64,000 nucleotides of DNA from NCBI GenBank assembly GCA_038207395.1, contig JBBQZW010000002.1, positions 69,752 to 133,751 on the forward strand, written 5' to 3'. Source of the stretch: Minisyncoccia bacterium (lineage in GTDB: Bacteria; Patescibacteriota; Minisyncoccia; Phycocordibacterales; Phycocordibacteraceae). Shown here one piece after another: positions 56,733-64,000 of the stretch. Position numbers and translations under genes: made by a program. A model generated the notes under the pieces. That model had not been told where the DNA came from. It did not search any database and saw only the letters and a list, made by a program, of their open reading frames with translations. Numbering within the stretch: position 1 is the first letter of the stretch; each line of letters begins with the position of its first letter.

Positions 56733-57151
56733 GTCAAACGTGCGCGAATTTCTTTTGCTATTTTCTGAGCCTCTTCCTGGTTATATTCCTGGTGGGGCCA
56801 GAATTCGAATTCACTTCGGTTATGACGGGGAATGATGTGCATATGTAAGTGATAGATAACCTGACCTGCTTCAGGCTCGTGGTTAGAGTTTATGTGGACC
56901 CCTTTAGCTCCCACCGCATCACGTACGGCAGGTGCTATTTTGCGTACCGTTTCCATAACTGCAGCAAGTGTCTGTGGGTCTACGGTAAAAATATTCCGTG
57001 TTGGTCTCTTTGGAATAACTAACGTGTGTCCGGGGGTTGTTGGAGCGGTATCCAAAAAAGCGACGGTATATTCGTCCTCGTATACGATTTCACTCGGTAC
57101 GTCGCCCCGAGCAATCCGGGCAAAGATGCCCTGTTCTCCTTCGATTTCCAT
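56729..57151 (-). CDS. HIT family hydrolase
   Basis: GHTLVIPKRP...HLHMHIIPR histidine triad. Confidence 0.7.
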   Translation of the reverse strand: MEIEGEQGIFARIARGDVPSEIVYEDEYTVAFLDTAPTTPGHTLVIPKRPTRNIFTVDPQTLAAVMETVRKIAPAVRDAVGAKGVHINSNHEPEAGQVIYHLHMHIIPRHNRSEFEFWPHQEYNQEEAQKIAKEIRARLT

Positions 57152-57193
57152 AGCACAAGTATAGCGCACCGTATTTTGATATACTGCTTAGTA

Positions 57194-58924
57194 ATGTTCT
57201 CTCTCCATGATCCGATAGACAAAGATGTTCGCGAAGCGCTTAAAGAACACGACGACTACACTGCTGCACTTTTATCACGCCGGGGTGTTACCACTGCGAA
57301 GGACGCAGATGCATTTCTGTCGCCTTCATATGATGATCACATCGGAGATCCTCTTTTGATTCTTAATATGGAAAAAGCGGCGCGCCGTGTGGCGAAGGCT
57401 ATTGATTCTCAGGAACGTATTACGGTATGGAGTGATTATGACTGTGACGGTATTCCTGGTGGGGTTGTACTGCACGATTTTTTAAAGAAAGCTAAGGCGA
57501 ATTTTACAAATTATATTCCCCATCGTCACCTTGAAGGGTACGGTTTGAATAAAGATGGTATTACAAAACTCGCTAAGGAAGGAACAACACTCCTTATTAC
57601 GGTAGATTCTGGAATTACTGATGTAGATGAGGTTGCATACGCAAACTCTCTTGGTATGGAAGTAATTGTTACCGATCACCATCTTCCGCAGGAAGTTTTA
57701 CCCCCAGCGTTTGCGGTTATTGATCCGAAGCAGGAAGGTGAGACATACCCGTACCGTGATTTTTGTGGGGGAGGGCTTGCGTGGAAACTTTCATGTGCCG
57801 TGCTTGCTGTAGGGTTTACGGGGCGCGAACTCATTACGCCAGGGTGGGAGAAGTGGTTGCTTGATATGGCAGGACTTTCAACGATTGCGGACATGGTGCC
57901 GCTCACCGGAGAAAATAGAGTCATTGCGAAATATGGCCTACTTGTAATGCGGAAATCGCGTCGAATTGGTTTACAAAAATTGTGTACCGTTGCGCGTGTT
58001 ACCCAGCGCTTCATTACCGAAGAAGATGTTGGTTTTATGATTGCACCGCGTGTGAATGCGGCGAGTCGTATGGGAAATCCGATGGATGCTTTTGAATTGT
58101 TTACGACTGAAGACGAGATACGTGCAGATGAATTAGCGAAGGAATTGGAAAAGATAAATAGGTCACGCCGCGCCTCCGGCGCGGCAGTTACCCGAGCCGC
58201 TCACGAACGCCTGGAAGAGCGAAAACTCACCGGCGAACTTCCTGCTGTCATCGCCATGGGAGACCCTGACTGGCGTCCTGGACTTTTAGGACTTGTTGCA
58301 AATTCACTCGCCGAAGAATACGGAAGGCCGGTATTTTTATGGGGGCGTGAAGGAGGAACGACTGCAAAAGGATCGTGTAGAGCGGGCGGAGGTATTTCAG
58401 TAGTGGCACTCATGCAGGCAGCATCAGGCGTGTTTGAAGATTTTGGTGGCCATACGGCATCAGGCGGGTTTACCGTAAAAGATGATCAGATATTTACGTT
58501 CGAGGAGCGATTGTGTGAGGCGCTTACAACACTTCCTCCTGACGACCGTGGAGAAAAAGTGCGGTATGCAGATCGAGAGATAGTCCAGAGTGCTATCTTA
58601 AAACAGGAATTGGCTCGTACGGAAAAGTTTGCACCGTTCGGTATGGAAAATCCAAAACCGGCATTTTTATTGCGTGATATCAAAATACATAAAATGTCCT
58701 GGTTTGGAAAAGGAGAAGAGCATCTCCGCCTTGCTCTCGTAAAAGATGATGGTTTTCAAGAAACGCCGCTTGAGGCTATAGCGTTCTTCGCACGTCGTGA
58801 TCTCGGTACTGCACTTCAAACTCTTCCGAACCGTACCCACATAACTATGCTTGGTCATCTGGAACGCGACACTTTTACGAAGGGTCAGCCGGTGAGACTC
58901 CGTATCATTGCGATTGCGCCATAA
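57194..58924 (+). CDS. recJ: single-stranded-DNA-specific exonuclease RecJ
   Basis: DHH motifs (DYDCDGI, ITVDSG, VTDHH) and DHHA1 domain. Confidence 0.8.
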   Translation: MFSLHDPIDKDVREALKEHDDYTAALLSRRGVTTAKDADAFLSPSYDDHIGDPLLILNMEKAARRVAKAIDSQERITVWSDYDCDGIPGGVVLHDFLKKAKANFTNYIPHRHLEGYGLNKDGITKLAKEGTTLLITVDSGITDVDEVAYANSLGMEVIVTDHHLPQEVLPPAFAVIDPKQEGETYPYRDFCGGGLAWKLSCAVLAVGFTGRELITPGWEKWLLDMAGLSTIADMVPLTGENRVIAKYGLLVMRKSRRIGLQKLCTVARVTQRFITEEDVGFMIAPRVNAASRMGNPMDAFELFTTEDEIRADELAKELEKINRSRRASGAAVTRAAHERLEERKLTGELPAVIAMGDPDWRPGLLGLVANSLAEEYGRPVFLWGREGGTTAKGSCRAGGGISVVALMQAASGVFEDFGGHTASGGFTVKDDQIFTFEERLCEALTTLPPDDRGEKVRYADREIVQSAILKQELARTEKFAPFGMENPKPAFLLRDIKIHKMSWFGKGEEHLRLALVKDDGFQETPLEAIAFFARRDLGTALQTLPNRTHITMLGHLERDTFTKGQPVRLRIIAIAP

Positions 58925-58980
58925 CCAGTTTCGTAAGAATATACATCTACTTTTTTGCTTCGAACCGCTATACTGGGTGA

Positions 58981-59403
58981 ATGCAATTTACGCTCTATGC
59001 TGACGGCGGTTCGCGCGGTAATCCTGGACCAGCCGGTTCTGGCTCAGTTGTTTTTGATTCGTCAGGGAAACGGGTTGTTGAAGTGGCTGACTATATTGGT
59101 ATTACCACCAACAATGTTGCTGAATATGAAGCTGTTTTACGGGGTCTTACGAAATTAAAGGAAACGTACCCCGAAGGGTATTTTAATGATGTTGAGTTAC
59201 TTGTTCGCTTAGACAGTAAACTCATCGTTGAGCAAATGAAAGGTGCCTATAAGGTGAAACACCCCAATCTTATCCCACGATACTTACAGGTGAAGAATAT
59301 TATTGCACGCTCCTTTCCGCATGTTTCGTTCGAACACGTGCGACGGGAGTTCAATAAGGACGCTGATGCGCTAGCAAATAAGGCGATGGACAAAGGAGTA
59401 TAA
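58981..59403 (+). CDS. RNase H-like (RNase HI/RVT_3-type) protein
   Basis: YADGGSRGNPGPAGSGSV...NNVAEYEAVLRGL...DADALAN carries the RNase H catalytic D/E/D pattern. Confidence 0.7.
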   Translation: MQFTLYADGGSRGNPGPAGSGSVVFDSSGKRVVEVADYIGITTNNVAEYEAVLRGLTKLKETYPEGYFNDVELLVRLDSKLIVEQMKGAYKVKHPNLIPRYLQVKNIIARSFPHVSFEHVRREFNKDADALANKAMDKGV

Positions 59404-59470
59404 GAAACTCAGTATTACCTGAAAAGTTTTTGAAGAATATTTGATTAGGTGGTGTGTACAGTAGAGACCG

Positions 59471-61066
59471 ATGCGAAGCATCGGTCTCTACGTATTTGTG
59501 TCTTCATACTCCGCGATGATCGCGGCAATACTTCTAGTACACTCTTATGTTCTCCTTGTAGGGTACTGCACGTCTATTGTGGTGCTTGGTGTTCTCATTG
59601 CTCCGCGAACACAAATACGTATTCGCGGAATACTACTCCTGCTATGTTTTGGAATGGTAGTTGCCGGTACTCGAATGCTGTTTGTTGAGGATCAGATCCC
59701 TACGCCATTCAGCGATGAATTTAATATTCCTGGTTCGCTCGTGGGTACCGTAATCACTCTTCCTGATCTACGTGAAACAAGTACGCGCCTTACAGTGCAC
59801 CTTAAGCGTGGTGAAGATATAACAAACATTATTGCCTCTGTGCCTTTGTACCCCAAAATAAATGTTGGAGACTCTATAAAAATACAGGGAACTTTAAAAA
59901 AGCCAGAACCATTTGAAACAGACGGAGGGCGCACGTTTCAGTACGATGCCTTTTTGCGTAAGGATGGAATCTTTGGCGTCATACAGCCGGCGTTTGCAGA
60001 AGTGATTGGGCATAGTAATCATCCCTGGTTACGTTTTCTGCGCATACTTCAATCAATAAAAGATACGCTTATGAAGTTACTTGCGACTGCACTACCGGAA
60101 CCTGAGAGCTCTCTTGCCGCAGGACTTATTGTAGGAGGGAAGCAAGGTCTTGGAGAGAGATTAATTACTGATTTTACAAAGGCCGGCATGCTTCAGATTA
60201 TTGTACTCTCTGGGTATAACGTGATGATTGTCGCCACTATTCTGATGCGGCTACTCAGTTCATTTCCTAAGAACATATCTTTCATGGTAGGTATCACGAG
60301 CATTCTTTGTTTTGTCCTTATTGCAGGAGCTGGTTCGTCAGCGTTACGCGCAGGTCTTATGGCTTTCTTTTCTATCACGGCCAGTACGTTCGGGAAACGA
60401 TATGACGTTCTCCGCGTTCTCTTCGTTTCATTATTTCTTCTTGGTCTTTGGAATCCACTTATGCTGATATATGATCCTGGCTTTCAATTTTCCTTCATTG
60501 CAACGCTTGGACTTATTCTCCTTGTACCCATACTTACTCCCTGTCTTCTCTTTTTACGAAACACGACTCTTATTGAACTCACTGCCACTACGCTCGCAGC
60601 GGAGATCATGCTGCTACCGTTACTTCTTTGGCAGACAGGAAATCTTTCTCTCGTTTCCGTATTTGCGAACGTGGTGGCGATGCCTGCAGTACCTGCTGCG
60701 ATGGGTTTTAGCGTACTTGCGGGAATGCTTGCATTTCCGTTTGAACATATTGCACCTGGACTTTCTGTTATTGCAGGGCTCCCCGCATACATACCACTCA
60801 CCTACATTATAAAAGTAGCGACGCTGTCAGCGTCGCTACCGTTCGCACAGATCACCATTCCTGCTTTTTCGTTCTGGGTAGTGGTAGTTTCGTATTCTGT
60901 AATCGGTGTGCTGATATATCGTTTCTCTACACTGCCTCATCGAGGAAACGACTTTCTACAACCTGCCAGTTTAGGTTTTCAAGAAATGCCTCTACGTACG
61001 TCTTCTTGTCCGCTGGCTTGTAGTCAACCATGTAGGCATGTTCCCAAAGATCCACCGCAAGCATAA
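59471..61066 (+). CDS. comEC: ComEC/Rec2 competence protein, DUF4131 plus Competence transmembrane part
   Basis: Multi-TM. DFTKAGMLQIIVLSGYNVMIV core competence-domain motif. The last about 45 codons overlap sodA antisense and are probably not ComEC proper. Confidence 0.7.
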   Translation: MRSIGLYVFVSSYSAMIAAILLVHSYVLLVGYCTSIVVLGVLIAPRTQIRIRGILLLLCFGMVVAGTRMLFVEDQIPTPFSDEFNIPGSLVGTVITLPDLRETSTRLTVHLKRGEDITNIIASVPLYPKINVGDSIKIQGTLKKPEPFETDGGRTFQYDAFLRKDGIFGVIQPAFAEVIGHSNHPWLRFLRILQSIKDTLMKLLATALPEPESSLAAGLIVGGKQGLGERLITDFTKAGMLQIIVLSGYNVMIVATILMRLLSSFPKNISFMVGITSILCFVLIAGAGSSALRAGLMAFFSITASTFGKRYDVLRVLFVSLFLLGLWNPLMLIYDPGFQFSFIATLGLILLVPILTPCLLFLRNTTLIELTATTLAAEIMLLPLLLWQTGNLSLVSVFANVVAMPAVPAAMGFSVLAGMLAFPFEHIAPGLSVIAGLPAYIPLTYIIKVATLSASLPFAQITIPAFSFWVVVVSYSVIGVLIYRFSTLPHRGNDFLQPASLGFQEMPLRTSSCPLACSQPCRHVPKDPPQA

Positions 61067-61523
61067 TGGGAAGTCCTGAAAGTTGTCCGAGTTCATGGTC
61101 ATTTACCCATGCCGTATGAAGGGTGCGTCCTTTTGGATCAAAATACACAATGACCCAGCCGATACCACGCGTGCCTGCAACTTCCTTAACATGAGCAATA
61201 AAAGCACCCCAACTTCCATACTTTTCAGTTGCGGCATCAGCAAACGGTGCGTTCGTGTCAGCTCCTTGAGCACCATTTTCAAGCTGCTCAAAATAATATT
61301 CATGCATACGCATCCCATCAAATTCAAATCCAAACCGACGACGCAGTTCGTTCATGGTGTACATACTTTCTTCGGTACCTACGGTACGCAATTTTTCGAT
61401 TTGATCCATGATCACATTCGTATGCTTTACATATCCCTCATAAAGCTTAAGATGCACATCAATTTGATCTTTAGAAAGACCTTTCAATTCGGGGAGGTTA
61501 AATGTTCGTGCAGTGTACGTCAT
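60927..61523 (-). CDS. sodA: Fe/Mn superoxide dismutase
   Basis: N-terminal helical hairpin. C-terminal DLWEHAYMVDY metal-ligand motif. 198 aa. Confidence 0.85.
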   Translation of the reverse strand: MTYTARTFNLPELKGLSKDQIDVHLKLYEGYVKHTNVIMDQIEKLRTVGTEESMYTMNELRRRFGFEFDGMRMHEYYFEQLENGAQGADTNAPFADAATEKYGSWGAFIAHVKEVAGTRGIGWVIVYFDPKGRTLHTAWVNDHELGQLSGLPIMLAVDLWEHAYMVDYKPADKKTYVEAFLENLNWQVVESRFLDEAV

Positions 61524-61573
61524 ACAAAAATGGGTAAGGGGTATGTACTAAGTATAACGGAGGGAGTGATGAT

Positions 61574-62449
61574 ATGCTCGTGAATAGTATGAAGCGCTAT
61601 TTCACCATTCCGTATATAGCTGTTTTGATACTTATCGGACTAAATGGCTATGTGTGGTTTTCGTACAGTCATAAAGAAACTCCTTATCTACGCGTATCAG
61701 TACTAGATATCGGCCAAGGAGACTCTATTCTCGTACAAGGTCCGACAGGCGTGCAAATGCTGGTGGACGGAGGGCCTGATCGCTCCGTTCTCCGGGAACT
61801 CCCCAAAGAAATGGGGCTTTTTGATCGTTCTCTTGATTTAATAGTTGAAACCCATCCAGACAAAGATCATATTGCCGGACTCACTGATGTCTTTAGCCGC
61901 TACTCAGTTTCGTATTTTCTTCGCCCTGATCTACTAGGTACCACTGCAACTGCAAAAGGTCTTGATCAGGCCGTGAGTGTCGAACCAAACATACACACGT
62001 TCATAGCACACAGAGGAATGCGCATTCATCTTGGTGGGGGAGCATATGCAGATGTTCTATATCCTGACAGAGACGTTTCACGGCTCCCAACGAACGATGC
62101 TTCGGTTGTAATGCGGATTGTGTATGGCACCACCTCTTTTATGCTTACCGGCGACGCACCTTCAGTTGTTGAGGATCATTTACTATCAGTCGACGCTGTC
62201 GATGGTGAACTTCCCACAACAGTTCTTAAGGCAGGTCATCATGGTTCGAAGTATTCGACAAGCGAGGCGTGGCTTACAGCACTGCACCCACAGTACGTTG
62301 CCATTTCTGCAGGAGCGAATAACCGGTACGGTCACCCAAACCCTGATGCTGTTGGTCGTATTAAAAATGAAAGCGCAAAAATCCTAAGTACGATAGACCA
62401 AGGCACTATTCGTTTTGTAAGTGATGGGAAGGGTGTGACGGTTAAATAA
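61574..62449 (+). CDS. ComEC-type metallo-beta-lactamase domain protein (separate ORF)
   Basis: Signal-anchor, then VSVLDIGQGDSILVQ...HPDKDHIAGL...TGDA...AGHHGS MBL motifs, as in the ComEC C-terminal domain. Confidence 0.7.
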   Translation: MLVNSMKRYFTIPYIAVLILIGLNGYVWFSYSHKETPYLRVSVLDIGQGDSILVQGPTGVQMLVDGGPDRSVLRELPKEMGLFDRSLDLIVETHPDKDHIAGLTDVFSRYSVSYFLRPDLLGTTATAKGLDQAVSVEPNIHTFIAHRGMRIHLGGGAYADVLYPDRDVSRLPTNDASVVMRIVYGTTSFMLTGDAPSVVEDHLLSVDAVDGELPTTVLKAGHHGSKYSTSEAWLTALHPQYVAISAGANNRYGHPNPDAVGRIKNESAKILSTIDQGTIRFVSDGKGVTVK

Positions 62450-62497
62450 AAACTCTTGCACACCTTTCGGTGCGCAAGAGCAAGATAATCCAATCAC

Positions 62498-62848
62498 TTA
62501 TTCTTGAAAGAGTCGCCGGAAGAAAGAAAAGCGTCTTTGTTTTTTAGACATAATTCGGCTAAGGACTGACACAATAAATACGGTTCGTTTCCGATCTTCG
62601 TGCCAGGCTTTAAGTAATATGTAGGCTGCCCGTGCTGATGCTTCATCAAGAACAATAGTTGCTACTCGTTTTGTTCCTTCTCGTGTTATCAAATTCTCAC
62701 GAATAAGACACCCTTGTTCGACGTGATCTCGTATAATCGGTCTGCGAAACGACATCGCAACCAGATCACCCTGATGTTCTTGTAGTTGTGCTGAGCGTCC
62801 TTCACCCATTCTTACGATACTGGTTGGAATTTTCACCCATTCACTCAT
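62498..62848 (-). CDS. hypothetical protein
   Basis: 116 aa, basic C-terminus. No recognisable domain. Confidence 0.35.
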   Translation of the reverse strand: MSEWVKIPTSIVRMGEGRSAQLQEHQGDLVAMSFRRPIIRDHVEQGCLIRENLITREGTKRVATIVLDEASARAAYILLKAWHEDRKRTVFIVSVLSRIMSKKQRRFSFFRRLFQE

Positions 62849-62957
62849 TACTGGTTCCTTTGTAGCTGATTACTCCGAGCAGAACCGTATCATGTTCACA
62901 GAAATACTCCAACCCGATCAACCTATTACTAATGACTTGTAGTGTAAGCTCATATAT

Positions 62958-63332
62958 ATGAAACTTGTTTTAAAAGAAACGACAGGAACGCCGCCGACCT
63001 TCCATTTTGAATTACATGATGAAGACCAGGTGGTGGGAAGACTTCAGTTACGACAAACACCGAGTAAGGAGAATTCCTATCCAGAGGGCTATGAAAGTCA
63101 TTTCTACTATGAGATAGAGTCTGAATATGCGGAAGAGGTGCACGGTACGGAAATTATTCGCCTTGGATTACGGGAAGCTAAAAATATTGGCCTCAGGAGA
63201 GTGACGCTTACGTGCTCTGATGAAAAGAAAGCCTCGCAAAAAAGTATTCAAGCAAATGGAGCGCAGTTTATTTCCTCAAAGCTTTCTAGTGACGGGGAAC
63301 TCATTCATAAATATACGGTTGATTTCAGTTAG
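62958..63332 (+). CDS. GNAT-like acetyltransferase fold protein (tentative)
   Basis: LGLREAKNIGLRRVTLTCSDEKKASQKSIQANGAQF resembles the GNAT C-terminal beta-alpha-beta region. Confidence 0.35.
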   Translation: MKLVLKETTGTPPTFHFELHDEDQVVGRLQLRQTPSKENSYPEGYESHFYYEIESEYAEEVHGTEIIRLGLREAKNIGLRRVTLTCSDEKKASQKSIQANGAQFISSKLSSDGELIHKYTVDFS

Positions 63333-63355
63333 CACGATTACTATTGGAGTAAAAG

Positions 63356-63388
63356 AAAAGCCCCGGCGTGAGCCGGGGCTTTTCTTTT
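63356..63388. terminator. bidirectional rho-independent terminator
   Basis: AAAAG-GCCCCGGC-GTGA-GCCGGGGC-TTTTCTTTT. Confidence 0.65.
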
Positions 63389-63393
63389 ACTCA

Positions 63394-63636
63394 CTAAATG
63401 AGTCCTGCTTTCGTAAGTGTTTTAAGTGCACCGTTTTTCTTGATGTGGCGCATACCCTCAGTTGAGATAATAATCTTCACTGATTCTCCGGTCTCAGGAA
63501 TAAAGACCGTCTTCTTATGAAGATTTGCCTTACGGCGAACTTTACCCGTTGGGTTGAACTGAGTAGCACGGGTACGGTTAGAATACCGTCCGCCTATTTG
63601 GGTTGATTTGCCAGTTATTGCGCATTCGCGTGCCAT
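63394..63636 (-). CDS. rpmB: 50S ribosomal protein L28
   Basis: MARECAITGKSTQIGGRYSNRTRATQFNPTGKVRRKANLHKK... is the L28 consensus. Confidence 0.85.
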   Translation of the reverse strand: MARECAITGKSTQIGGRYSNRTRATQFNPTGKVRRKANLHKKTVFIPETGESVKIIISTEGMRHIKKNGALKTLTKAGLI

Positions 63637-63678
63637 AGTCGCCCCATGGTACCATTTGCTAAAAGTATTGCAACCACT

Positions 63679-64000
63679 ATGTCTCTCACGATCTTCACCG
63701 TCATTGTCCTAATTTATTCGGTCGTAATCCACGAAGTGGCGCACGGGTATGCCGCCTACGCACTTGGAGATCCAACCGCTAAGCTCGCAAAACGCCTTAC
63801 CTTAAACCCGTTACGGCACGTAGATTTGTTTGGAACCATTATTATTCCTGCCATGCTGGTGCTCTCACACGCCCCATTTCTGTTTGGGTATGCGAAACCA
63901 GTTCCATACAATCCATATAACCTTAAGAATCAGCGCTGGGGTGAATCGATTGTCGCAGTTGCTGGAGTTGCAACGAATCTTTTGCTCGCCGTAATTTTTG
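63679..64000 (+). CDS. site-2 protease (M50) family zinc metalloprotease, 5' partial (runs off the window)
   Basis: TM1 carries HEVAHG (HExxH). Then LNPLRHVDLFGTIIIP as in RseP/SpoIVFB-like M50 proteases. Confidence 0.7.
   Translation, partial: MSLTIFTVIVLIYSVVIHEVAHGYAAYALGDPTAKLAKRLTLNPLRHVDLFGTIIIPAMLVLSHAPFLFGYAKPVPYNPYNLKNQRWGESIVAVAGVATNLLLAVIF

Noticed and set aside
1-64000. CRISPR arrays or cas genes
   Set aside because: No regularly spaced short direct repeats and no Cas-like proteins were seen anywhere in the window.

Overview
The window reads as a low-GC (about 45%) reduced-genome bacterium of Patescibacteria/CPR type, possibly Saccharibacteria-like. It spans the replication-origin neighbourhood (DciA-like/dnaN/dnaA on the minus strand, divergent rpmH-rnpA-yidC) and is gene-dense, with housekeeping genes scattered throughout. 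Three accessory features stand out.

- **A type IV secretion-like locus (about 12028-24942, all on the minus strand).** It is a roughly 13 kb co-directional cluster of secreted and membrane proteins built around a VirB4-family ATPase, a PrgI/VirB3-like two-helix protein, a VirB6/TrbL-like polytopic membrane protein and a VirB2/TrbC-like pilin carrying a cysteine-rich C-terminal extension. The VirB4 homologue is split into an N-domain ORF and an ATPase ORF by a single in-frame TAG. No coupling protein or relaxase is present in the window.
- **A DNA-uptake and type IV pilus set.** It comprises pilB, pilC and three large prepilin-like proteins, with an mscS gene embedded in the cluster, plus a pilin at the window start. 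Further on lies recJ, an RNase H-like gene, and a ComEC membrane part and a ComEC-type metallo-beta-lactamase part encoded as separate ORFs around a convergent, overlapping sodA.
- **A small accessory islet (about 2175-4040) just upstream of yebC-ruvC.** Its small genes each have their own terminator and, for two of them, a candidate upstream promoter. One is strikingly GC-rich (about 60% versus about 45%), and a roughly 30 bp direct repeat sits immediately after two consecutive terminators.

Other calls are four tRNA genes (three lacking an encoded CCA) next to the cca gene, several strong hairpin terminators, and a 445 bp non-coding gap. All calls come from reading the translations and sequence by eye; no database search was possible.
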